Assembly (NCBI GenBank): GCA_976226885.1
Contig: OZ320319.1
Location: 68,758,001 to 68,822,000 of the forward strand
Source: Iphione sp. A-MEVVRFRX5
Lineage: Eukaryota
Reading direction: 5' to 3'
Length of the DNA: 64,000 nt
The position numbers and the translations under genes are program-made. Shown in pieces: positions 36,769 to 50,098 of this stretch (the stretch's first letter is position 1; every line of letters starts with the position of its first letter). Under the pieces are notes generated by a model. That model saw only the letters and a program-made list of their open reading frames with translations, made no database searches and was not told the DNA's origin.

Positions 36769-38695
36769 CTGGCTGGTTCGGAGAGAAGCTGGGTTCGAAC
36801 TCCATAAACTAAGCCAAGGTTCAGGTCTAACTGGACAGAAAAATTGGGGAAAAATAATCGCTCCCGACCGAACACGGCCAATAGTGACTTGTCAAAAATT
36901 CTATGTGACTTTGCTAACAGCCAGAAAATATCTTGGAATGAAACGGTTCACATAGGCTGATCTTTTCCGAGATCAGGATTTGAGCAAAAATCTGAAAAGG
37001 TCTCGCTTCAATTAGCAAATTGACGACTTGCAACTGTAGTCACGAAAACGAACAATTGTTTACTCTCCAATTAGATTCAACATAAAGAAATTGGACTCGC
37101 CTTCTATTCAATAGAATGGCCAGTGTGAGATGGTATTTTGAAGGTGTTAACCGAACTTTTATGGTAGGATCGATTATGTCAGCGTGTCCCATGTGTTTCG
37201 CCTTTGCAGGAAGCAGGCCATGGTTAACGCTCGCACCTTCATAGTTGAATGGAGAACAGGTTCTGAAAGCTAGGTGAGAGTATGACCTGTCGAAGAAGTG
37301 TGATTTAGTTTGAATATGCATGGCCGCTCCAAATGTAATACGCCTTGGGAGCTTGCACAGTTGGTCTACTCACACATTGCCCAGAAAAACATTACCCAAT
37401 TTGCATAACATTTGAATGAATATAGCTCATATTTTCAACAGATGGGACTCAAATTCAACAGATTTTTTTACAAGAATCTCATAATTTCTACATATTGCGC
37501 TCAAATTCAACAGATCTGTGACAATTATGAGTGTTTATATTCAAATGATATGCAAATTAGTTATATTTTAAACATGATTCCCACCCGGAATAGCGCAGAT
37601 TGATGGGCATCACCTAACATAAATATGATAAAGATAAATTTAATAACACCGTGCTGTAAATAGATGGGATAGTAATAACGAACCATTGTTCTGTTAAATC
37701 TAATTACTTAAAATTCAAATTTTACAAAAAAAAACTTGTAGTCATATCACGATTGCAGTAGTGGTCTTCTAGTGATCATAGAAATAACAAAATACGAAAT
37801 AAGTAATCCTGCCTAACTTTACGTGATAAAATATTGTTAACCACATATTATATGAAACACTAGAAATGTTTCAACCCTAGGATAATAATTGATACATACC
37901 TGATGTTTTGAGGTAAATATAAATAAATTAAGCTGACAAAACACGGTATAGATATACGATGATACAGTGCACCAATGCTCATTTTAGAAAGTGATCAACA
38001 GTTATTTTCAAATTATGAGCATATGCCCTGCGGTAAATTAGCATCGTATATATTCGCAAATAACGTGCGCAGAAACAGAATTTGCAAACATTTGAACACA
38101 TCAAACTGGATGGATATCATAAAATCTGTTTCTTTCAGTGATATGAAGTGAGCTGTCACCTTATCAAATGTTTTCTATAAAGTTTCAAATAATTCAAGCA
38201 AAACTGCTTCTCTGATGTCCTTCGGTGACCAAAGCCGGTTGTGTACTGTCAAGTAGCATCTCTTTAGATGTGATACTAAGGGTGATAAATAGAGTTCTTC
38301 TGTGCACACATCATATTATGTATACAACTACTTACATATTCCTGGGATGCTTATATGTATTTACAGTTCATTTAGGGCAAGACAACCAACCACCTGACAT
38401 TTTCCTCGGGAACAAATTACATTGGCCGCAAGATTACTTGCATCATTTCTGAAATGGAAACTGTGTTTGTCATTAAACAGCATACCTTTTTGCCATTACC
38501 CATTGGGATATACTTTCATTTAAAATCACATTGAATTTAAAAATTCATATAGATGTGATTTTGCCCTACGAATCTGTGAGCAATCGATTACTCTTTGCAT
38601 ACAGTATGGTGCTGCCCAATGTTCGCCACAAATGGCAAAGCCATTTTGTTGTCATTTCGACAATCCCCTCGATTCAGACGTTAAAATGACTCTGG

Positions 38696-38696
38696 C

Positions 38697-38749
<53 letters not shown>

Positions 38750-38783
38750 GTCTATCTATTTCCCCCTGTCTTTCTCGGTGTCT

Positions 38784-38833
<50 letters not shown>

Positions 38834-38863
38834 CCTCTCTCTCCCTGCTTCTGTCCTCTCTTT
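38696..38863. repeat. Compound (CT)n / (CTAT)n microsatellite
   Basis: CT runs interrupted by CTAT units and short spacers. Confidence 0.95.
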
Positions 38864-41059
38864 TAACTTGATATAGCATCAGAATTTAAGGAGAAATTGA
38901 ATCATCTCTTCCTCCTGATGATGAAATACTTCTACTTGTAGTGTGACACCTATCATACTCTAATGTAGAAGCAATGTATGCACAATCTTTTCATGTCTTT
39001 TAAATCTGTTCAGATTATTGTTAAGTACATGCTCCCCTGCAAAATGGTATAGTACAATCAACTGTGTTGTTGGTGAACGTATTCAAAAACCCGCTGTTAG
39101 AAGACAGCGGTTAATTGTACCTTCCATTTTTCATTTCCAACAATCGACAGGTCCTGGTCTGTACATATTATCAATAGAACTTGATGTCTCAAAATTATTC
39201 CTGATATTTATTTGCACAGTGCTAACGTGGGTTTACAATGTTTATCTCCCACACAAACGGCCAGCAATATCTTCGTTTTCTCCTAAAATCAGATAAGCTG
39301 GTGGTTTTGTTTTCCCTTTTGGCTAAAGATCCATCACAAATCAACTCTTGAACCAGAACCAAATAGTCAAAGTTCCTACCTATTGAACCACAGCACCATC
39401 AGTTATTTGCAAATGTAACGTAAGGAGACTGGGCCTCATCAAATTTACAAGACTTTTCTCTGCAGTTGTTTTTAGTGGGTTGCATTGAAAATTTCTTTGT
39501 CTAATGGGCAGAAGGAATTCATATTCAGACGGATTGACGTCTGTAACATTTCTAAACACATGAAGTACTTATATTCAAATGATCACATAATGAAATAAAC
39601 GCTTGGAGCGGCTTCATATGTATCTTTCTACCTTGTTTTCCATTGCTTTGATGCAAAGCTTTCTTCATGACCTTTACGGCATACATAGCATGGTATTCTG
39701 ACAAGCTGTTCCCTTTCTCCTTTTTGAATAGGGACATTAGTATTGTCAAATGTTTAAATTTCATAGGAACATCTTTATATAATTAAAGAAATAAACACAG
39801 CACTGTACATGACAGCGTTTCCCTGAAGTATACACTTTTATTGTTTTGAGTGAATTGGGTGAAGTAAATGTGATCGTTGTTCAGAATTCCTACACCTGAC
39901 CTATGAGACATTTCATTTCAAGTTGAATCGGTCCCGAAATAGGATTTTGCGTTCTTGGGGAGTAACTTTTGAATATACATGTACATTCATACATGTACAT
40001 GTGGTTGAAAATATTTCAGTTTAACTGGTTTGTCTGTAAATCAAGGCCAATAAAATATAATGGTATCTACAATGCATTGTACATAAATAGACAGACAGAT
40101 GCGTGATGATACTTATGGATCATATTTCCAGTAGAAACAAAACATTTACCAATAGCAATAACGTGTTTATGCTTACTACATTCGGTTTCGCAATGTATTG
40201 TTGAATACATTTCAATGGTCATCATGTTACTGACAAGTATGAATGGACTCTTGTTTCATACTGTTGAGGATAGCGGAAAGATTTACACATTGTAGCAGAG
40301 CAGGCCATATACCATCAGCTCGTCGTGGAAGCAGATGTATGCTACAAATAAAATTTCCCGGGTTCTTCTTTTGAGCGTACTTTTAGCATAGCCTATGCGT
40401 AGCACTGTCCTTCTAATACTGGATTTGAACTAATGCTATCTTTCATTATGGTTTTAAAATATCAAATTTTCTCCCCCTCCTCTTTCTAGAAGCCAAACAC
40501 ATCCGTCATATTTGGTGTCAAACACCACCAAACGCAATTCTACTACACTGCTGTCTACCATTTTTAACATAATACTGCACCCTCACATTGCCACAAAACT
40601 ACAGGGTAATTTTGTATCTACAGTTCCCTTTCAATCAATAGTACCACAGTGCTTTTTAACCTGTCTAATTCAAACACTCTGATTCTAATTTCACCAAACT
40701 TTCCATAGAAATATGGTTTGAGTATGGTGCAGCAATTCTGTCACTATCATCTTGTTACAGTTTTCAAACATTTTTTCCAAACAGTATTGTGGATATGTTA
40801 GTGCTATTTGGACAGGATCGTCTTTATTCTCCTCTATTATATAACACATGCAGCAGATTGGTTAATTTTAGAGTTACAATGTATGTTTTCACAAGAGCAA
40901 AACGTTTTTCTTGTAAGTAATTAATGAAATCCTGCAAATGTCATTATAGCAATTACAGAGCTCCTAATGAGGTTGACATAATATTTCAAAAATTACTGAA
41001 AATATCACTTGCCTCTCATTTATTTTAATACAATAACAACTGCCTCTGTTCTAATATTT

Positions 41060-41395
41060 CTCCTTTTATTGGCTGGAATCTGACAGTTAAAGTAGATGGC
41101 CGGAGCTCAGGGAGTAGCGCATCTGGTTGACCTCCTCGCCCTGACGTACTGCTGGTTGTGGCGGATGGTTGGCCGAAGGTGGGTGCGCGGCCGCGCCTCC
41201 ATCATGTGCTTATCGCCCAATCCCGCGGGGAAAAGGTCAAGAGTGTGTAGTGACTGTAGAATACCTTCCGTGGCCGCACCCGCACGGCACAATCCTCGGG
41301 TGACGTCCGATTCATTCACAAGTGCAACTTGACCCTGCCTAGCAATTCGCCTTTGGGGACCCAGCAGACTACGCACCTGTGACAGGCTCTCATCT
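41060..41395 (-). mobile_element. Decayed 3' fragment of a CR1-like LINE (ORF2 C-terminus)
   Basis: Minus translation PQRRIAR...TRGLCRA..EGILQSLHTLDLFP..LGDKH...HLRPTIRHNQQYVRARRSTR resembles the CR1 ORF2 end (VQRRA.RII...RR..LC...LL.S....LLPP....H.R.LRN.......RAR). Followed by AATAAA near 41071. Confidence 0.5.
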
Positions 41396-43149
41396 TCCTA
41401 ATTGTAAACTTCCTTGGACTGTGATTAGTCAGGTGCTGTTGGAAGGCTGTTGTTTTTTTAAGGAAACACAGACACGTTTCTCGCTAAACTGATGAAGGAT
41501 TGAACAGCTTTTTGTATGTTCTGATGGAAAATTAGCAATTTTCAGATCACATCACGGTGCTAATGTGGCATTGGGTTAATCACTGCCGTTTCGCCTTATT
41601 TCACCTTAGACCACAACCTGTTTTTACACTATTTCCTCGAAGTGGAATATTCCTCATGATATTAGAGGCAACTACTAACAGTTATATTCAAATAATGTCG
41701 TAGAAATGGCATCACCGTTAAGAATATATGTCTTAATTTAATGGCAATACTGAATTTCAGGGGAATGATTGAAAATAACCCTCATTCCTAAAGGGATTAT
41801 TTAGGCCCATTATTTATGTTACTTTACTGATATTTGTGGTAAACCAGAAAAGGAGCTTCCCCGATTACCCTTAATATATTACATGTACCTAAATAATATC
41901 GAGATAGATAATTTGGCCCTTTGCAAGATATGCAACTCGTTCTGAATGAGTCGTGCTACGTGAGATGACTTACTGGTACCCCCACAAAGGAAATAACTTA
42001 ATTTGAATAATTTCTGAGGATATTTTCGAGACAAGTACTCTTTGCGCATAACTTTGAGAGCTTTATAATTATTAGGCCTACGTATCATTTACCACTATAA
42101 ATTACGAGACAGCTAATTTAACAATAGTAATAAGATTAAGGACAGTTACACCATCATATATATTTCAAAACATCGAGACAAAATATACGAAACGCCAACA
42201 ATATTTGAATTTTATCTACCAGTCCAGTAATATCTGCCCTTGTGATCACCTCCTACAATCAGGTCATCTCTCCATTACAGCTGCAACCGTCAGAACCAAT
42301 TGTTTTCCAACTGAATGAGACGTCTCTATAGTGTAACCGCTCCACGTTAGCCCCCAACGGACATCCCCCTATGTGATTTGAATGAAACGATTTCACATTG
42401 ATACAATAACTTGACTAATTCATGGTGGGCGATGGCAGAGGTCCGGCCCATGGTGTATGAATACATCTCCATTTAGATTTATATCCTATATCTCCCCCTA
42501 CCGTGGATCTCGCTGTAAAGCTAAATTGTGAAATTAGCATGCAACTATGTATCCGTAGTTGCGGTGATGACGATTATCATCTTGCAAGAAATGCAATTAA
42601 TCTACTGTATTCCCTTCATCATGATTTCCTTCATCATGAGAAACCTTTTTCAAGTGTAGTCGCCATTAATGAGATATAATTATCAAAGGGTAGAAACAGA
42701 AAGAGAAACAAGACTAATTGTTTGCTAATGCGTAGGCTCAATTAAAGTTAGAATGACAGAGTAGATGAGAGAGCTATTATGTGTGTAGATGTACATATAC
42801 TTGCTTTGTTGCATGCCGCAGGTCTAAGAGGTGGGACTGAAGAAGGCTTACAAACAAACCACTGCCAGAAAACAGATATGCTTTACGTGATGGTTTTTTT
42901 TTCCATCGCAGCAAGTTGCAGTCCAAATAATACCTCATTGCGTATGCATTGCCTGCTTCAAAGGGGCCAGTTCGAACGCGAGCATGTTAGTTTTTAATTA
43001 AATCTCTGTTGCAGTCTATTGTTCCGGCTTCCATAATGGCGCCAATGCACATCTGTGGGCAAGTTTACTGCCAAGCCGTAGATGTGTTAGTAAACACAGC
43101 ACGCTGGACACAAGAGGCCTGGAGACGGAGAACCTGAGATGATTCGCTG

Positions 43150-43575
43150 TAATGTTGGATCCGTGCTAGTTTTCGAGGAAGCGGAGAGAGAGCAACAAGG
43201 GCGGGCGTATGACCCCCAACTGATCAGCTTGTCAACCCGATCCTCAGTGAATGTAATATGAGGCTGGTCAGTGGCCGAGCGCGGCACAGCTCTACCCGGC
43301 CCTCTCGGCCATCTGGGGACCGTCCTCCGTCGAGGCAATTTACCTTCCTCTTGTGCTCGTCGCGAGCTTCAAGACAGAACAACCAGGGATGCAGCAGTCT
43401 TAATTACCCGCCTTTGGACGCCTGCATAATTACTCGATTGGAATGCTAGTCCCAGAGAATTATGCCCCAGTCTCACCGCGATATACCTACGCTGGCCTGA
43501 ACGGACTATAGCTCGTGTGATTGCGATTAAACGAGTTTCCTCTACCTTGTAAGCTACATAACTCATATCGGACAC
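43150..43575 (-). mobile_element. Second decayed 3' fragment of a CR1-like LINE, related to the 41 kb fragment
   Basis: AIVRSG..YIAVRLGHNSL...QSSNYAGVQRRVIK resembles CR1 ALVRP.LEYAA.VWH.SL...QS..LE.VQRR. After a frameshift, EGRVELCRA...ILHS. DNA CTGTGCCGCGCTCGGCCACTGA resembles TTGTGCCGTGCGGGTGCGGCCACGGA in the 41 kb copy. Confidence 0.5.
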
Positions 43576-44715
43576 ACTGGTGATTTATTTATATCTTACC
43601 GAAATGAGGAAATGGAATACTACACAGCTTTCGACACGCGATAGCGCAATTATATTATTTCCACGCGCCTCCAATCATTTCTACAGCTTGTCTCGAGTTA
43701 CTGTTCATTGAGAGATCGTCTGGAAATTTTGAATGAGACACTTCTTACTCCTCCTAATGAGAATGCGGAAAACCTGTGACTTTAGAACTCTCCTATATTG
43801 AATGTTAAATCTTATGGCTCGTCTTATTAGACAGAAACTTGAGAATGATATGCGATTCTTGTACGGACATTTCGGGATCTTTCTCCGTATTTTCTCAGGA
43901 CGGTTGTTTGAAGAATTTAAGCCGCAAGAGGAAACACCGTTGTAATTTGTATGAGAGTAAGAGATCTCCACAGTAAATAGGTTTGTTATTTCAAAGAAGA
44001 GCTGGTGAGAGGCTGATGCGTATGCTTCGTCTTTTAGACCGTACGTAGTAGTTTCGAATGTCCATGAACCTCTGCTGGAGAGGGAAGCGTTTGTTCCGCA
44101 TGCAGACGCCTGCTAATCCAAGTGCCTCAAGATGGTCCCTATTCTAAGGCAAACCCCACTTGTACAAATCGTGGCCGTTCCGGGTACTTCTCAGGGATTC
44201 AAAAATGAGCCTCTTACTTTATAATCGCGTCAGCGCCATTTCGTATGTCTTATTTCAAATCGTTCGTCTCACTGTGAGATAACACCTTGCAAAAACCTTA
44301 GTTCGCACCAGACTACAAAAGTGACGTGAATGTCCAAGAGAGGTAGCTTTATACATTTTCTTGCCCTTACAAAGGAAACTATAAAATTGTAGATTCGAGG
44401 GTACATAATTTCTAATTGCATTTTATAATACAGAAATGTTATCTTTACGCTTCATAGTTTCTTTTCAAACAATGAATTGATCCTGGGTTTAATATACAAA
44501 TATTGAAGATTATAACAGAATTGTATAAGCGCCAGTCGTCTGTATGTATAATACGACAGTATACGTTACTTATCGATACATTATAGGTTTTTCTGCATCT
44601 TAAAGGCTCTCAGTATATATACGAATAGGAATTCTGGTCCGTACATATATTTCCTATAGCTCTGCGTTTTTAAAGGCGCTACTTTAAACCAAATGCAAAG
44701 GACAAGGAAGCAACA

Positions 44716-44927
44716 TTTATTGAAACCTATTTATTTCCTGGCAAGCACAGGCTTTTGTTACAACATATTGCGGTCAACGCCACAGACATCAACAGTCATT
44801 TTGTTTGGAAAGATTAGAATACTATGGACGAATATTAAATAATCTGTTTACATTAAAGTGGACACACGAATAACCTTTTTTTGCACCGAATATCGGCATC
44901 AGCTGAATATACATATGATACTTTATT
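44716..44927 (-). promoter_or_regulatory. Candidate polyadenylation signals for the GPCR transcript
   Basis: Minus-strand AATAAA at 44927-44922, 44735-44730 and 44721-44716. These are the first I found downstream of the stop and imply a 3' UTR of about 2.5 kb. No transcript evidence. Confidence 0.3.
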
Positions 44928-47400
44928 AATGCATTTTTCAAACTTTGTCATCAACTAGCATGTTTATACCAGTTCTCTTTATCCCTCTGAATACACGTAA
45001 CTAAAGTTGTACGCGAGGAAACTGAATTTGAAAGTTCCAGAGGACCCTAATTACAGAAGAAATGAAGTCACACAACGTAAGTATGGAGGTAGGTTGAAAA
45101 TAAGATTAGAAACCAGGTTAAAACTTAGAACATCAGAGTGGAACACAAGATGAGGCTCATATCCAAGGGGCGTAATAGTGATCACTACAACTAACCCTGA
45201 TCCATAAAAAGGGCCCTCGCTCACCACTTTCTCAAAAGTCATCATCTCCTTTTGTGTTCCTATGCGTGTTAAACTATATACCTAGAACACGGTCAGGGAT
45301 TCGCGGAGCTACGTCCCCGCCAATGCTTGTTTTCATTACTTCCTCACAGGAGAGGGTCAATCCCAATCAAACCATGACCAATGAAGCCAGGGTATCCAGT
45401 TACAGCCTCCACTGCCCAAGAAGAAGTAGGTAGGATTGGCGAGTATTGTGTGGACGAGAAAGAGGATGGTGGTAGCAGTGGGGATAAAGGCCATGACCTG
45501 AAAGCCAACCGTATAGGTTAACCCCAATTGACGGAGGGCATTGGTATTTTCTGGTGGGGCTTCCTGTTGGCCGTGGAAGCTTCATCTCGGAACCTCCCGA
45601 ATCCAATAATAACTGAAACTCGTCCTTTCGCTTCGGCAGCGGCCTGCGCAAAAAAGAGGCCGGTGACATTTGACAATTTCCCCTTCTTTTTCTAGGGGGT
45701 GGTTGAGTGAAATGGCAGCTTCCCGCAAAGGCGATGAGACATTGGTGACTTACTGGTACGGACGGAAGCTGTCTGCGTGATGGCAGCCGAAGGGGGATGG
45801 TTTGGGGTCTAGGGAGGAGGATGCTTGGGGGTCAGTGGTGGTGGTGCAGGTGGGGGGATATATGCATCTTTTTGACCGATAGATTTTGAGGTGAGGAGGC
45901 GCGGCGTCTGCGTTGACACAGTATTGAGTGGATCTCTAAGCCTGTCTGGCGGTGATAGAGTGAGCAAATAGAGGCGCCGACCACGGCCATCACTTGCCGC
46001 TACCTGGCGGCGCTGGGGGCGCTGTCGGGGGAGTAGCAAGGACACCTGGTGGCAACGTAAAACTATCAGTGTGACACTTAGTCTACTTCAGGTCAGTCTA
46101 ATCCGCTTAGGGATCACATGACTAACTCCCCTTACGTCCAACAGAGATTGATTCGGCCACAAATGTTGCGCCCATTCCTTAACCTTCAGGCTTGGCTTTG
46201 TTATCAAAAAACTATAAAAAAAAAAGAGTACAGAGGGATAGTTCTTCTGTCGTTTGCAAAATGTTTCGAGGATATCGTCTTGCTTTCTTGTATTCCCTTT
46301 CGAATCGGTCTCTTGCAACATACCTCAATACCGCGCTACAAACACGTTCCTCCTTCAAAGGAAAAAAAGGTTGCGAGGAAGAAGATTTGAACGAGTGTTA
46401 AAGGTGATCAATAAGGGTGTGTTAGATAAATTCAACGAGCACCTAATGGAGAGGTTGGGGCAGAGGTAGGCTATTTGTTATCGTTGAGTGAATCTCACCC
46501 CCCCTCGCATGTTTCGAGGGGCGCCTCTCTGTTGGTTATTCTGATAGGGTTTTGTGGCCGGCTGCTCGCCCGGACGGTACATCACAGCACGCGGGGGCAA
46601 TTGCTCAACCTCGCCAGCCCAGTCGCCCTCGGAATAATTGCTCGTGTCCTGCTCGCTACCGGCAGGAGCAACTCATCCCCTGGGGCATATACTGGGGTCC
46701 CCTGGAGTAGGGACGCGGGAGGAGCAAATCCCATAGATCGTGTTCGAATTGAGTTCTCCCCCAAAGAACTGATATAGGGAGAGGGGGCCATGGCGAGGGT
46801 GGTGGGTACGGGAAGGGAAAATGACTTGTGTGGTGCGTGGGCAACATCTTATCAAGGATCAGATTATCAAAGACGACAAGAAAAAGGAGATAGAGAGTAG
46901 AAAGAAAGAGCCAGAGTGTGGGTAGAGGCAAAGTGATTGATGCTTGGGGATTATTCCTGAGGCCACATAATAAGATCGGCGGGACATCTGAACGGTCGAG
47001 GGACGTTATCAGACATGACCGCCATCGTAAAACTTATAGCCGTCATCTGTTATCTAGGTAATGCTGGATTGAGCGTGTCAACAGAAACCTCTGCCTTACG
47101 GCAAGCTGCAATACTGACATAGATAACAACAAATGCGAGTATACAAATCAACAGATAATATACTTAGAATCCCTGCTCCCTCTTTCAGGATAGCCTATAC
47201 CAGTTTCTATATAAAGAACACGATTCAAGATAGCATAGCAGTAGTATGGCCAAGTAAAATAGGTGAGGATATTGCGTGGACACGAGCACAAATCGACAAA
47301 TCACATTTGCAGTATGCCACGACGAAGAGAAAGACTCACTTTGACAGTTTGCGGCATTGTCTGCTAGCAGGGCATGCGCCTGTGCCCGAGTACAAGAATA

Positions 47401-49884
47401 CTAGCTCCAGCTGCGACGTCCGAAAAGGATTTTGGAGAAGGCCTGCCTGAAGTCCCTGTTGAAAATGGTGTACGTTACAGGGTTCAGCGCCGAGTTGCAG
47501 TAACCCGCCCAGAAGAACACGGCGAAGACCAGCCCGGGCACGGACGCCCCTGTCAGAGACGACACGAGGTAGGTAGAGAAGAAGGGAAGCCAACACAGAA
47601 TGAAGGTCGCCATGATAATGCCCAGCACGATGAAGGCGCGCCTTTCCTTGGCCCGAGCTATACGCCGCTTCTGCTTCTCCGGGTCATCGAGCGTCCGCTT
47701 GTGGTGCTTTTCCCGCCCCTCCAGCTTGTTCTTGCGGATCTGGATGTTCAGTCTGGAGAAGGAAGCTGGCGTTAGGACTATGGCCTTCTTGTTGGTCTGC
47801 TCGTTGTTGAGCTGCTCCGATTCCTCATGACCGCTGCTTATCTCCTCCCCGAGATGCTCGTCCTCCCCTGGAGGTTGGCAGGGACCCCCCGAGCCGTCAC
47901 CTCCGCCACCTTGATCGCCGTCCGTTACCCGAGCGCTGCCATCAGGCTCCACGCTTTGGGCCCTTCCGGGACTGTGATTATTGTTCTCCACTGGGAGCTT
48001 CTCACTCTCACGTTGCGAGTCGCTCTCGAGCTGAGAATCTTCTAATAATGGCTTCATGTTCTCCTCAGTGGAGCTACGATTGCGCGGCACGTGGCGGTAT
48101 CCGTTGAATTTGGCACGGGCGCTACGCGTACTGGGCGAGTCGGACGTGGAGTCGGTGTCCTCACTGAAGTGGATGTGTTTTCCCACGTTGAGCCGACGCG
48201 CCGGACCTTTGATGGGCGACTCGCACGCCGAGTCCGTATCGTCGGACAGAAGCTTCTTCTTCTCGTCCAGCAAGTGCACGTGCAAACCCTGAGCGGGAAC
48301 TGCCAGGTGGTGGGTGTCGGCGTCCTCCTTGTGATGTTCGCGGTCAGTGGGAGATGTCTGGCCCGATTCCGGTCGAGAACAGACGTCCTCGGCGATATCA
48401 TCGAACGAGCCAAACTCCTTCTCCACCAGGAGGTTGTTGGCTTTACAGGCCTTGTCTCGCGTAGGTGTGCTGAAGCTTGTGGTCGTGTTTGTGGTTGTCG
48501 ACGTGGACTTTCCGTTGTCGATCACCGGTGGCGGGTGCTGCTGCTGGTGCTGATGGAGCTGTTGCTGTTGCTGCTTCTGGGCCTTTTTCAGGCCACGCCG
48601 GGCGCGAGAGCGGGCCGCAAGATAGATCTTGAAGTAGACGACAACCATGACAACCAGCGGGATGTAGAAGGAGCCAAGCGTGGAGTAAACAACATAACCC
48701 GTGTCCTCACTGAGCACACAGAGTGGCTTGCCATATTTCATTGGCTGCGGCCGCTTCCAGCCAACGAGTGGCGGGAAGCAGATGATCATGGACAAAACCC
48801 AGACGAGAGCGATCATGAGGATAGCGCGCCGTTTGGTGCGTTGCTTGACATAACTGATAGCCCGCGTGATGCTCCAGAAGCGGTCCAGCGAGATGAGACA
48901 GAGGTTCATGATGGAGGCAGTACACAGCAAGACATCTGTGGCGAGCCACAGTTCACAGAGGATGTTACCGAAGTACCAGTAACCCATGAGTTCATTGGCC
49001 AGCGAGAATGGCATGATGAGCAATCCTACGAGTAGGTCGCTGACGGCGAGAGAGGCAATGAACCAGTTCTGAACTGCCTTGAGATTGCGGTCTATGCAAA
49101 TGGCCACCACCACAAGCCCGTTCCCCACGATGATGATAATCATTAGTAAGGTGACGAAGATGGACGTCACTATAACATGTTCTGTAGAATAGCCACTGAG
49201 GTAGCCCTCAGGTATGAAGTCCAGCGTACTGTTATCGCTGCTGTCGTTTGCCAGGGCAGGTAGCGTATCAACAGTCCATAACGGCGGCGAGCTAGTAGTG
49301 CTGTTTGGTACGAGGTGGGCGGCTGCTGTCCTGGCAAGGCCGTCCAGGGTCACCTGAGGGGGAAGCGTGTCCCAGATATCACTGTTGTGGTCCTGGTAGA
49401 AAGGCCGAGGCAGGAAGCCAAGGCGTGTCAGGTTCGGCTTCTTGACATAGCCAACCTCCGGTAAAAGGACGGCATCTTCCGGCGGCCGCCCGTCGCCGCC
49501 CGCGGCGAGGGACCCGTCTGCGCCGAGAGACCCAAGCACAGCGCCACCCAATGGGCGATGTGGCAACTCCGGGTCTGGACTTGGTGAGAAAACCGATGAA
49601 ATCCTGGCTGTCGACGTGTCCTCCGTCTCATTGAGCATTCGCGACAGAAGTATGCCATTTTGCGTCGTGATTTCTTCGGAGGTGTGCGATACGCCTGTCA
49701 GTGTTATACCATCTAGTCTGTCCGAGGAATTCAAATCTTCTCGCTGTGTTTTTTCACTTGTGTCATCTATGGTGACAGCCCCGTCCAAGAAGCGAGTCAC
49801 TTCCTCTGTTACACCAGTCCGAGATGTGGCATTGGCAGAGAGAAATTTCTGCCACAAGGGAACACGAGTTTTATTAGTTTCCAT
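47401..49884 (-). CDS. ADRA2: Class A biogenic-amine GPCR, alpha2-adrenergic-like (Octalpha2R-like in protostomes); intronless CDS, 827 aa
   Basis: Seven TMs. TM2 SLAVSDLLVGLLIMPFSLANELMGYWYFG; TM3 amine-binding Asp (LATDVLLCTAS) and DRF; TM5 GYVVYSTLGSFYIP...KIYLAARSRARR; TM6 CWLPFF; TM7 FFWAGYCNSALNPVTYTIFNRDFRQAF. All match the alpha2-type family. Strong Kozak ACCATGG. The symbol is family-level only. Confidence 0.92.
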   Translation of the reverse strand: METNKTRVPLWQKFLSANATSRTGVTEEVTRFLDGAVTIDDTSEKTQREDLNSSDRLDGITLTGVSHTSEEITTQNGILLSRMLNETEDTSTARISSVFSPSPDPELPHRPLGGAVLGSLGADGSLAAGGDGRPPEDAVLLPEVGYVKKPNLTRLGFLPRPFYQDHNSDIWDTLPPQVTLDGLARTAAAHLVPNSTTSSPPLWTVDTLPALANDSSDNSTLDFIPEGYLSGYSTEHVIVTSIFVTLLMIIIIVGNGLVVVAICIDRNLKAVQNWFIASLAVSDLLVGLLIMPFSLANELMGYWYFGNILCELWLATDVLLCTASIMNLCLISLDRFWSITRAISYVKQRTKRRAILMIALVWVLSMIICFPPLVGWKRPQPMKYGKPLCVLSEDTGYVVYSTLGSFYIPLVVMVVVYFKIYLAARSRARRGLKKAQKQQQQQLHQHQQQHPPPVIDNGKSTSTTTNTTTSFSTPTRDKACKANNLLVEKEFGSFDDIAEDVCSRPESGQTSPTDREHHKEDADTHHLAVPAQGLHVHLLDEKKKLLSDDTDSACESPIKGPARRLNVGKHIHFSEDTDSTSDSPSTRSARAKFNGYRHVPRNRSSTEENMKPLLEDSQLESDSQRESEKLPVENNNHSPGRAQSVEPDGSARVTDGDQGGGGDGSGGPCQPPGEDEHLGEEISSGHEESEQLNNEQTNKKAIVLTPASFSRLNIQIRKNKLEGREKHHKRTLDDPEKQKRRIARAKERRAFIVLGIIMATFILCWLPFFSTYLVSSLTGASVPGLVFAVFFWAGYCNSALNPVTYTIFNRDFRQAFSKILFGRRSWS

Positions 49885-50098
49885 GGTAACTGCTTACATT
49901 TGCCCTATAAGCATAAAACACTTGCTCACAGTAAATCCTTCCGAGGCAGCCTCCAACTTCCATGCGTCGATTCCTCTAATGAGTAACTCTGCTTTCCTTG
50001 TGTGACTCTCGCGCGTTACCCTCTGTGGCGAAGATGGGGCGGTTTCTTTGCTGACTTTGATTTATTTCAGTCGGAGTCTCAGTGACGGGGAGGTCGCA

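Noticed and set aside
36786-36802. GGTTCGAACTCC B-box-like motif suggesting a tRNA or SINE
   Set aside because: No A box at a proper distance and no cloverleaf.
38632-38871. 79 aa Leu/Ser-rich ORF
   Set aside because: Translation of the (CT)n microsatellite.
47374-50005. Several overlapping ORFs on both strands within the GPCR CDS, including 314 aa at 48091-49035 (+)
   Set aside because: GC-rich coding DNA yields long antisense and alternate frames; no recognisable domain.
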